Of a stretch of DNA of 64,000 nt, positions 56,633 to 64,000 are shown piece by piece. A model generated the notes under the pieces. It ran no database searches, was not told the origin of the DNA, and was given only the letters and a program-made list of their open reading frames with translations. The stretch lies in the NCBI GenBank assembly GCA_023818965.1, contig JAMWCD010000006.1, positions 205,475 through 269,474 of the forward strand. The letters run 5' to 3'. Made by a program: the position numbers and the translations under genes. Positions within the stretch are counted from its first letter, which is position 1. Every line of letters starts with the position of its first letter. The stretch comes from Candidatus Omnitrophota bacterium. GTDB taxonomy: Bacteria; Ratteibacteria; UBA8468; B48-G9; DTJG01.

Positions 56633-59016
56633 ACAAGATTTTTCTGATTGATGCCAATAACATTATCTACAGGTCTTTCTTTGCGATAAAACCATTTACC
56701 ACTTCAACAGGTCAACCGACAAACGCAATATTTGGATTTGTTTCCACACTTTTGAAAATTTTCAAACAATATAACCCGCAATACATGGCAATTGCTTTTG
56801 ATACACCTGTTCCAACATTCAGGCATCAAATTCTTGAACAATACAAAATTTCAAGGAAACCAATGCCTGACGAATTATCATCACAGATTCCTGTCATAAA
56901 AGAAATTATTAATGCATTTGGAATTACATCAATTGAAAAAGAAAAATTTGAAGCAGATGATTTGCTTGCCTGCCTTGCATTAAAATTTTCTGAACAAAAT
57001 TATGATGTTGTTATTGTCTCAGGAGACAAAGATATTCTTCAACTTTTATCAGACAAAATTTCGGTCATCAATCCTGCAACATGGGAGATGATTGATTCAA
57101 AAAAATTTTTTGAAAAATATTGTTTCAGTCCAGAAAAGATTGTTGATTTTCTTGCTCTGTGTGGGGACGCATCTGATTGTATTCCAGGGGTACCAGGGAT
57201 AGGAGAAAAGACCGCCTTGCAACTGGTACAACAATTTGGAACAATTGAATCAATTTATGAAAACATTGATAAAATAAAAGGCAAAAGGAAACAAATACTT
57301 CTTGATGGTAAACAATCAGCATTTTTAAGTAAACGCCTTGTTGAACTTTCAAAACAGGTGTCGTGCGAGATTGGTATTGATGAACTGAAAGTAAGAAAAA
57401 TTGACATTGAAAAAATCAGACAGATTTTTCAAAAACTTGAATTTAGAAAATTTGAGTCGCAAATATCAGAAATTTTTGGCAAGCACAATTTACATGAAAT
57501 TTCAAAGGATTTGTTTGCTATTGGAGATGAGATCTTTAATTTCAATGAAATTATGAAAGACCCGCATTTGTTTAAAGAAAAATTGGTTGATGAGAAGAAA
57601 ATAAAAATTTCATGGAACTTAAAAGAAAAGATCAAGCGTCTGGCATCAAAAAATATTGATATGTGTCCACCATATTTTGATTTTGATGTCGCATCATTTC
57701 TTTTAAATAATGTCATTTATGATTCTGACATTTTAAATCTTTATCAGAAATATCGGGAAAATCTCAAATCGCAGGAGATGTCTTTTCTTTCTGAAAATAT
57801 TGAGATGCCACTTATTGAAGTGCTTGCCTTTATGGAAATCAATGGCATTCTTGTTGACAAGCATTACCTTGAAAAACTGAAAAATGAATATGAAAATGAA
57901 ATGAATCAATTACAAGAAAAAATTTATTGTTTTGCAGGAGAAGTTTTTAATATTAATTCTCCATCGCAGGTTGCAAGGATTTTGTTTGAACGATTAGGGC
58001 TTCCTCCAAAGAAAAAAACAAAAACTGGTTATTCAACAGATACCAATGTTCTTGAACAATTACGTAATCAGCATCAGATTGTTGACCTGATTCTTCAACA
58101 CAGAGAACTTGCAAAACTGTGCAGCACTTATATTGATGGATTTTCTTCTTACATCAATCCAGTTGATAATAGAATTCATCCTGAATTTCAACAGACAATT
58201 GCCTCGAGTGGTCGTATTGTATGCCACAATCCAAACTTACAGGCAATTCCTGTAAAAACAGAAAAGGGTGGAAGAATAAGAAAAATTTTTGTTGCACCTG
58301 AAAATTCAATGTTATATTCATTTGATTACAATCAAATTGAATTAAGAATTCTTGCTCATTTTTCAAAAGACAAAAATCTTGTAGAAGCATTTAAAAATCA
58401 CAGGGACATACACCTTGAAACAGCAAGACAACTTTTTTCATTTGATTCGCAATCACTTTTTGGAAACCAGGAAATTGATATTTACCGTCGCATAGCAAAA
58501 ACAATAAACTTTGGTATTATCTACGGGATGAATAGTTATGGTCTTGCTCAACGACTTACATGCACTGTTGACCAGGCGCAGGCATTTATTGAGTCATATT
58601 TCGCAAAGTTTCAGGGAGTTAGAAGTTATATTCAACAGGCAATTTCAGAAGCAGAAAAACTTGGTTATGCAAAAACACTTTTTGGAAGAAAAAGATATTT
58701 ACCGGAAATTCATTCTGAAAACAGAAATCAGGTGGCATTTGCATCAAGGGTTGCAATCAATATGCCCATTCAAGGCACTGCAGCAGAATTGATAAAACTT
58801 GCAATGATTCAGATTCATAATTTCATTAAAAAAAATAAGATGAAAACAAAAATGATTCTTCAGATTCACGATGAACTTGTTTTCGAAATCCCTGACTGCG
58901 AAGTAGATATTGTTAAGGAAATCAAGAGAATCATGGAAAATGTGTACCATCTTATTGTGCCATTAAAGGTGAATGTTCAAAAAGGACAAAATTACCTTGA
59001 TATGCTTGAAATTTAA
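56629..59016 (+). CDS. polA: DNA polymerase I (5'-3' exonuclease plus polymerase; about 795 aa, Taq-like size)
   Basis: N-terminal FEN-like domain (FLIDANNIIYRSFFA). Pol A motifs A/B/C (DYNQIELRILAH, RRIAKTINFGIIYGM, ILQIHDELVFE). ATG overlaps the gspM stop (ATGA). Confidence 0.9.
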   Translation: MNKIFLIDANNIIYRSFFAIKPFTTSTGQPTNAIFGFVSTLLKIFKQYNPQYMAIAFDTPVPTFRHQILEQYKISRKPMPDELSSQIPVIKEIINAFGITSIEKEKFEADDLLACLALKFSEQNYDVVIVSGDKDILQLLSDKISVINPATWEMIDSKKFFEKYCFSPEKIVDFLALCGDASDCIPGVPGIGEKTALQLVQQFGTIESIYENIDKIKGKRKQILLDGKQSAFLSKRLVELSKQVSCEIGIDELKVRKIDIEKIRQIFQKLEFRKFESQISEIFGKHNLHEISKDLFAIGDEIFNFNEIMKDPHLFKEKLVDEKKIKISWNLKEKIKRLASKNIDMCPPYFDFDVASFLLNNVIYDSDILNLYQKYRENLKSQEMSFLSENIEMPLIEVLAFMEINGILVDKHYLEKLKNEYENEMNQLQEKIYCFAGEVFNINSPSQVARILFERLGLPPKKKTKTGYSTDTNVLEQLRNQHQIVDLILQHRELAKLCSTYIDGFSSYINPVDNRIHPEFQQTIASSGRIVCHNPNLQAIPVKTEKGGRIRKIFVAPENSMLYSFDYNQIELRILAHFSKDKNLVEAFKNHRDIHLETARQLFSFDSQSLFGNQEIDIYRRIAKTINFGIIYGMNSYGLAQRLTCTVDQAQAFIESYFAKFQGVRSYIQQAISEAEKLGYAKTLFGRKRYLPEIHSENRNQVAFASRVAINMPIQGTAAELIKLAMIQIHNFIKKNKMKTKMILQIHDELVFEIPDCEVDIVKEIKRIMENVYHLIVPLKVNVQKGQNYLDMLEI

Positions 59017-59057
59017 ACCTCGGGTAAGGGATATACAAGGATGAATTTCAGGGGGTC

Positions 59058-59086
59058 TTGACAAAAAAAAATACGTCTATTATAAT
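59058..59086 (+). promoter_or_regulatory. consensus sigma70 promoter TTGACA-N17-TATAAT upstream of the tandem pilin-like genes
   Basis: TTGACA at 59058-59063, a 17-nt A-rich spacer, then TATAAT at 59081-59086. A second TTGACA follows at 59091. The GGAGGTG ribosome-binding site and ATG follow at 59131-59146. Confidence 0.55.
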
Positions 59087-59143
59087 ACTCTTGACAATGG
59101 AGAAAAAAACCATTAACATTAATAATGGAAGGAGGTGATAAAG

Positions 59144-59803
59144 ATGAAGAGAAAAGGGTTCACGCTCATAGAACTTCTTGTGGTAATCGCGATCATAGCG
59201 ATTCTTGCAGCAATGTTGCTTCCTGTTCTTTCGAGGGCAAGGGAAAATGCAAGACGTGGTGTTTGTATGTCAAACTTAAAGCAGATTGGTCTTGCATTAA
59301 AGATGTATGCCCAGGACTGGGATGAGTTTTATCCTTATGTGAGTGGTGGAACTTCTGGTGAAACAGGTCATGCATTCTGTCTGCTTTATGGTAGATTACG
59401 CGATACTACAACAAAACTTACTGTGAATTACCTGAAAAATACTGGAGTTCTTGTTTGTCCGAGTTCAAATGACACTGTTTACACTGTTGACCCTGAAGAC
59501 CTGTCTCAACCTTTCAGTCCATTGTTCACACGTGGAGCAGGAAACTGTTCTTATGCTTATGCCTGGGGTCTTGATGAAAAGACCTTGCCTGAATCAGCTG
59601 TTGTTTGTGACAAGGTGTATGGAGAAGGAGACCATGCTCTCTGGTCATGGACGGTTCAGGTGACAGATGCAAATGACAACCATGGTAAAGATGGAGTTAA
59701 TGTTCTTTATGTTGGAGGCAACGTTAAGTGGGCAGCAGCAAATACCAGCGGTTATCTGTCTGCTGATGATTTTCCGAACTACATGAGGATTATGAATCCA
59801 TGA
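59144..59803 (+). CDS. prepilin-type (class III signal peptide) DUF1559-like protein, tandem paralog 1
   Basis: [58 protein letters not shown]... followed by a variable C-terminal body. Confidence 0.8.
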   Translation: MKRKGFTLIELLVVIAIIAILAAMLLPVLSRARENARRGVCMSNLKQIGLALKMYAQDWDEFYPYVSGGTSGETGHAFCLLYGRLRDTTTKLTVNYLKNTGVLVCPSSNDTVYTVDPEDLSQPFSPLFTRGAGNCSYAYAWGLDEKTLPESAVVCDKVYGEGDHALWSWTVQVTDANDNHGKDGVNVLYVGGNVKWAAANTSGYLSADDFPNYMRIMNP

Positions 59804-59856
59804 GAATTTGGTTGACTATGAATACAAAAAAATTTTGTAAAAGGAGGTGAAAAAGA

Positions 59857-60573
59857 ATGAAAAGAAAAGGATTTACCCTAATAGAACTACTTGTGGTAAT
59901 CGCGATTATAGCGATTCTCGCAGCGATGTTGCTTCCTGTTCTTGCAAAGGCAAGGGAAAAAGCCCGTCGTGGTGTGTGTATGTCAAACCTGAAACAAATT
60001 GGACTTGCCCTCAGGATGTATTCACAGGATTTTGATGAATCATTTCCTTACAGAGGTGGTGCTACAGGTAGTAATGAGACAGCATACGCCTATTGTCTAT
60101 TGTTTGGAAGGGTTTATGGTGGGGCTGTGGGAACAAGGGATGGTAATAAGGTTTGTCCAAACTACTTAAAGAACACAGGAATGCTTGTTTGTCCGAGTTC
60201 AAAAGACATCAAGTATATGGTTGATCCTGAAGATACATCAGTAGTATTCCAGCCGACATTTAACTTTGTTGCACCAACAGACAGAACCCATTGTTCCTAT
60301 GCTTATGGTTGCGGGCTTGATGAACAGACAAATATTGAATCAGTTCTTGCAGCAGACAAGGTAACAGGAGAAGGTTCAAACACTTTGTGGGGAACCACAG
60401 ATGGAACAGTGGTTGTCCGCATTGGTAATGACAGCCATGGTGCGGATGGAATTAATGTTCTTTATGTCAGTGGTAGTGTAAACTGGGTCGCTGCTGACAG
60501 GAATGGAAATCTGCCAGTGGACAAACTTGGTGGTGGTCAGGTTATTAATGCTACAAGCATCAGGAATCCATAA
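59857..60573 (+). CDS. prepilin-type DUF1559-like protein, tandem paralog 2
   Basis: First approximately 60 aa nearly identical to paralog 1; the C-terminal body diverges. Has its own AAAGGAGGTG ribosome-binding site. Confidence 0.8.
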   Translation: MKRKGFTLIELLVVIAIIAILAAMLLPVLAKAREKARRGVCMSNLKQIGLALRMYSQDFDESFPYRGGATGSNETAYAYCLLFGRVYGGAVGTRDGNKVCPNYLKNTGMLVCPSSKDIKYMVDPEDTSVVFQPTFNFVAPTDRTHCSYAYGCGLDEQTNIESVLAADKVTGEGSNTLWGTTDGTVVVRIGNDSHGADGINVLYVSGSVNWVAADRNGNLPVDKLGGGQVINATSIRNP

Positions 60574-60627
60574 TGGATTTATGGAGAAAAAATGAAAAAA
60601 AAATAAAATGAAAGGAGGTGAAAAAAG

Positions 60628-61314
60628 ATGAAGAGAAAAGGGTTCACGCTCATAGAACTTCTGGTGGTAATCGCGATCATAGCGATTCTCGCAGCGATGT
60701 TGCTTCCTGCACTCGCAAGAGCAAGAGAACAGGCAAGAAGGAGTGTTTGTATTGCAAACTTAAAGCAGTTAGGTCTTGCTCTGAAGATGTACGCTCAGGA
60801 CTACAAGGAATACTACCCTGCATCAACGTATTTTGCACTTGGAGGATCAGCACTGGATGAGCCATCATCTGTTACTCCACTTTCACTGCTTTATCCACAG
60901 TATGTGTCAACAGGAAAAACATTTATCTGTCCATCTGACTTAGGTCACCACACTGCAGGTGCTCCTGTTTATAACAGCGCACCTCTGGTTGATACAGTTG
61001 GTGGAACAGATAATGCAGGTTGTTCCTATGCTTATGCACAGTACTGCAATGAGTCAGTTGATGTTGACACAGTGGTAATCGTGGATAAATCCGTTGGTAC
61101 GCTTGGTGCATGGGGTTCACAGTGGTCATCCACGCTTGTGGTTCTCGGTACTTCAGGTGGAAGAGACAACAACGTTAACCACAAGACAGATGGAATTAAT
61201 GCCTGCATGGTTGATGGCCACGTAAGATGGGTCCCGAGCGGAAAGATTGCTGATCTTATTCCGAACAGGAACAACTCTGGTACTGGTGTAATAGCGAAGA
61301 TTATTAACCCGTAA
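60628..61314 (+). CDS. prepilin-type DUF1559-like protein, tandem paralog 3
   Basis: Same leader and N-terminal helix. The body is the most divergent of the three and ends with VDGHVRWV (DUF1559-type DGHV motif). Has its own ribosome-binding site. Confidence 0.8.
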   Translation: MKRKGFTLIELLVVIAIIAILAAMLLPALARAREQARRSVCIANLKQLGLALKMYAQDYKEYYPASTYFALGGSALDEPSSVTPLSLLYPQYVSTGKTFICPSDLGHHTAGAPVYNSAPLVDTVGGTDNAGCSYAYAQYCNESVDVDTVVIVDKSVGTLGAWGSQWSSTLVVLGTSGGRDNNVNHKTDGINACMVDGHVRWVPSGKIADLIPNRNNSGTGVIAKIINP

Positions 61315-61331
61315 AAATTACCACGTCAAAG

Positions 61332-61367
61332 GAAAGCCCCTCTGAAAAGAGGGGCTTTTCCTTTTTT
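61332..61367 (+). terminator. rho-independent terminator
   Basis: Perfect 10-bp stem aagcccctct / agaggggctt with a GAAA loop, followed by ttcctttttt. Confidence 0.85.
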
Positions 61368-61632
61368 ATTGTTTCCCCTTTTTCAAATCCTCCCTCCATT
61401 CCCCCTTTCATAAAACCTCCCCCTCCAATTTCCCCTTTCGTAAGGGGGGACTAAGGGGGATTAAAATCTCCCCCAGCCCCCTCTTTGGGAAAGAGGGGGA
61501 ACTTGGGCACGAAAAATCCACCCCCACCCTCCTTTATAAAAGGAGGGAGAAAATTCCCCCTTTCCAAATTCTCTCCATCTTTCCCCCTCATAAAGGGGGA
61601 CTAAGGGGGATTTGAGATGCAAGAGGGATTTT
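61368..61632. repeat. cluster B of G/C-rich hairpin repeats (C5T3-loop-A3G5 family)
   Basis: Units tcccctttcgtaagggggg, ccccctctttgggaaagaggggg, ccctcctttataaaaggaggga, ccccctcataaaggggga, and two copies of aagggggactaagggggatt. Confidence 0.6.
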
Positions 61633-62898
61633 TTATTTTCTTTCTTTTTCTATTTTCTTCTGATAACCACTTTCAATATATGCTTCAATTGGGTCAACAG
61701 GTACATTCATTTCAATTCTTGCCTTTGCTACTATTGGTCTTGCATCAGCATTGATGATTGCATCATTGAATAATCTATTCGCGAGAATAATTTCATCCGC
61801 ATCCTGGTATTGCTCAAGTTTTTTTGAGTTCACAAGCATCGCCTTTGCGAGGGATAATTGAAGTGAATCAACAGAATGCAGGAGTGCCTGAATCCTGTTT
61901 TCTCTTCCACCGCACTGGTCAATCATATATGCCCAGTTTTTCTTTTCATCTTTATTTACGACAACATTTCCCTTGACAAGTTCATAGAAAATTCTTGCCA
62001 TTTGCTGGTTTGGTTCAACTGCATGGTCATCATCAGCAGCATATCTTGTGTTAAAATGGAATCCACCAGCCATATTTTCAGAAATCAGTGTCATCACAAT
62101 CTGCTCAATGTTTGTTCCATGATGGTGATGTCCTAAATCGACAAGTACTCCAGCATTTGGTCCGAGTTGTTTTGCTAAAGCAAAAGATGTTCCCCAATCA
62201 GGAATTGTTGTGCTGTATGTCCCTGGTTCAAAAACCTTGTATTCAATAAGAATCAAAATATCCTTCGGCATATTTTCGTATGATTTTACAAGGCAGTTCT
62301 TAAGTCGCTGGTAAGTTTTTTTCAGGTCAACCTGACCTGGATACATTGAGCCATCAGGAAACCAGAGTGTCACAATGCCATTACAGAGTTCCTTTGCAAT
62401 TTTTCCTGCCAGTATTGTTTGTTCAATATATCTTTGTTGAGTGTTTTTATCAGGTGAGGTGAAACTTCCCATATGAGAACCAGCAAGAAAATATGTTGGA
62501 TTCACTGCACCAAGTTCAATTCCCCTGTCTTTTGCTTCTCTTGCCACACGTTGTGCAATATTATAATTGGCAACCATTCCATCAACTGAAAAATCCCATA
62601 GCATATGTGTGGCAAATCTTTTTGTAACACCAGTAAGTTTAAAGATAAAAGCCGCATCATCAAGTTTCTCTTCAATGTTTCTTGCAGCACCAGGATAAAT
62701 ATATCCACCAAATCTTCCTCCGCCAAAAGTTCCAAGAGCCCATCCAGGAATTTCGACCTGGAATTTTTTTACAGCATCAATAGCATTTCTTACTGCTTTT
62801 TCTCCAAATTCTTCGCTTAACATTTCAATACCGTTTTCAATCCATTTCATGCTTTTTCCCATTTTATCCTCCATTTTTATTTGTTTTTCTTCTAACAT
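61633..62898 (-). CDS. TIM-barrel sugar isomerase (probably L-rhamnose-isomerase-like, xylose-isomerase fold)
   Basis: 421 aa. Metal-binding-like clusters (DLGHHHHGTN, AADDDH). Size and pattern are consistent with rhamnose / xylose isomerase-like enzymes. The specific family is unverified. Confidence 0.45.
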   Translation of the reverse strand: MLEEKQIKMEDKMGKSMKWIENGIEMLSEEFGEKAVRNAIDAVKKFQVEIPGWALGTFGGGRFGGYIYPGAARNIEEKLDDAAFIFKLTGVTKRFATHMLWDFSVDGMVANYNIAQRVAREAKDRGIELGAVNPTYFLAGSHMGSFTSPDKNTQQRYIEQTILAGKIAKELCNGIVTLWFPDGSMYPGQVDLKKTYQRLKNCLVKSYENMPKDILILIEYKVFEPGTYSTTIPDWGTSFALAKQLGPNAGVLVDLGHHHHGTNIEQIVMTLISENMAGGFHFNTRYAADDDHAVEPNQQMARIFYELVKGNVVVNKDEKKNWAYMIDQCGGRENRIQALLHSVDSLQLSLAKAMLVNSKKLEQYQDADEIILANRLFNDAIINADARPIVAKARIEMNVPVDPIEAYIESGYQKKIEKERK

Positions 62899-62934
62899 AA
62901 ATTTTACTATTTTTTTGAAAAAATTTCATCTTCA

Positions 62935-63185
62935 GGAATTAACCTCCCCTTAGTCCCCTCCTTTCAGGAAGGGAATTAAAGGGGAGGTGACCCCTTTTCA
63001 AAAATCCCCCTCCACCTTCCCCCTTTCGTAAAGGGGGACACAGGGGGATTTTAATCCACCCCAACCCTCCTTTATAAAAGGAGGGAGTGGAAGGGTTGAA
63101 AAGGGGGACTAAGGGGGATTTAAAAGGAGGGAGTGAAAGGGTGGTAAAGGGGATACAGGGGTATAACCGAACTTTGAAAGAGGAG
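62935..63185. repeat. cluster C of G/C-rich hairpin repeats
   Basis: cctttcaggaaggg, tccccctttcgtaaaggggga, ccctcctttataaaaggaggga, and aagggggactaagggggattt are shared with cluster B, partly in inverted orientation (cctccccttagtcccc). Confidence 0.6.
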
Positions 63186-63190
63186 AAAAA

Positions 63191-63961
63191 TTAGACACTA
63201 ATTTTTCTCCCAGTGATTAGATAGGCAGTATGCCCAACCATTACATCATTTGGCCTCAGCCGTTCAGGATTGGTTTTATATTTTCTCAGCAGTATTTCAC
63301 AAACCCCAACATCAATTACAGGAAGTGTTTCTGAAATTTCTAACACTGTTGAGACCTGATTTGTTGTTGGGACAACGATTCCAAAACTTGCACCACAGGA
63401 CAGGCAACTTATAACTTTATCAAGGTAGTCCTGTGGATTTTTGATGTCAATAATCGCAGAATCAAAATTGTTTTCTTCAATGCCATCTGCGATATTTTTT
63501 GTGTGAAATACAACCCTGTCTGAGAGATTTAATTGTTCAATAAGATGTTTTGCCTTTTTTGAAAAATTTTCTCTTTCTTCATAGGTATAGATTTTTCCAG
63601 TTTTTCCGACAAAATACGCAAGAGCAAGTGTCATTGCACCAGAGCCAGTTCCAATTTCAAGAATTTTCATTCCTTCTTTTATCCCAAGTTTCAAAATCAA
63701 ATATCCTGCGTCTTTCGGATAAATAATCTGGGTACTTCGTTTAACATAATGAAGAATCAATTCTTCAATAGAAGGGATAAAAAAATAGAGTTTGTGGTTT
63801 GTACTTGTCATTACAAAGCCACCAGGAGATTTACCAGTGATACTATCCAGATTAATTATTCCATTGTGTGTGCTGAAATTTCTTGATTCAATTTTCACAA
63901 GCCATTTTTTGCCGTCTTCAGACAAAAGACAAACAATATCACCTTTTTCTAATGCTTTCAT
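63191..63961 (-). CDS. trmI: tRNA (adenine58-N1)-methyltransferase TrmI (Gcd14 family)
   Basis: 256 aa. N-terminal beta domain followed by a SAM-MTase fold with QIIYPKDAGYLI and EIGTGSGAMTLALA motifs. Confidence 0.8.
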   Translation of the reverse strand: MKALEKGDIVCLLSEDGKKWLVKIESRNFSTHNGIINLDSITGKSPGGFVMTSTNHKLYFFIPSIEELILHYVKRSTQIIYPKDAGYLILKLGIKEGMKILEIGTGSGAMTLALAYFVGKTGKIYTYEERENFSKKAKHLIEQLNLSDRVVFHTKNIADGIEENNFDSAIIDIKNPQDYLDKVISCLSCGASFGIVVPTTNQVSTVLEISETLPVIDVGVCEILLRKYKTNPERLRPNDVMVGHTAYLITGRKISV

Positions 63962-64000
63962 AGAATTTTTTCTCTTTCAAGTTCACTGAACAGGCATCCA

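Noticed and set aside
59125-60860. Three conserved out-of-frame ORFs ([27 protein letters not shown]... at 59125, 59847, 60618) that look like a repeated Cys-rich peptide
   Set aside because: They merely re-read the near-identical 5' ends of the three prepilin genes in the +2 frame. Their conservation derives from nucleotide identity of the pilin leaders.

Overview
The window is low-GC (about 35%), densely coding bacterial chromosome with an informational and housekeeping backbone: queA(partial)-tgt-yajC, valS, rplU, hflX, nrnA, truB, tyrA, proBA, nadD, pheST-zapA, an initiator-type tRNA-Met, polA and trmI. Two accessory regions sit in this backbone. Region A (about 16.8-31.3 kb) begins with an AraR-like regulator (GntR-type HTH fused to a periplasmic-binding-protein fold). 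It contains a prepilin/DUF1559 protein, a 982-aa secreted CBM9-like protein, M24 and creatininase-family hydrolases, two tandem secreted phosphatidylserine-decarboxylase-like (pyruvoyl-type) paralogs with a decayed third copy, a membrane-anchored HAD phosphatase, a gene-decay zone, and a minus-strand micro-ORF resembling a Nif11-type double-glycine leader peptide next to a cupin gene. Region B (39.4-61.4 kb) is the main finding. It is a composite pilus/secretion locus: a PilM-PilN fusion, PilO, an 869-aa PilP/GspC-like protein carrying 2.7 near-identical 348-bp tandem repeats, a PilQ-type secretin, a small secreted HEAT-repeat protein with Ser/Thr-rich linkers, a second GspD-type secretin, then gspE-F-G-H(frameshifted)-I-J-K-L-M. 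polA is translationally coupled to gspM. After polA, a consensus sigma70 promoter drives three tandem paralogous prepilin-type (DUF1559) genes that end at a strong intrinsic terminator. Three intergenic clusters of G/C-rich hairpin repeats (C5T3-loop-A3G5 family) stand out against the AT-rich background. Three frameshifts sit on T homopolymers (T6 and T8 in TauE, T10 in gspH), which suggests either homopolymer sequencing errors or slipped-strand tracts. The prepilin leader [27 protein letters not shown] with DUF1559-type bodies, together with the genome style, suggests a PVC-superphylum or Omnitrophota-like organism; this is inference only. All protein calls below come from reading the translated ORFs; no database search was run.
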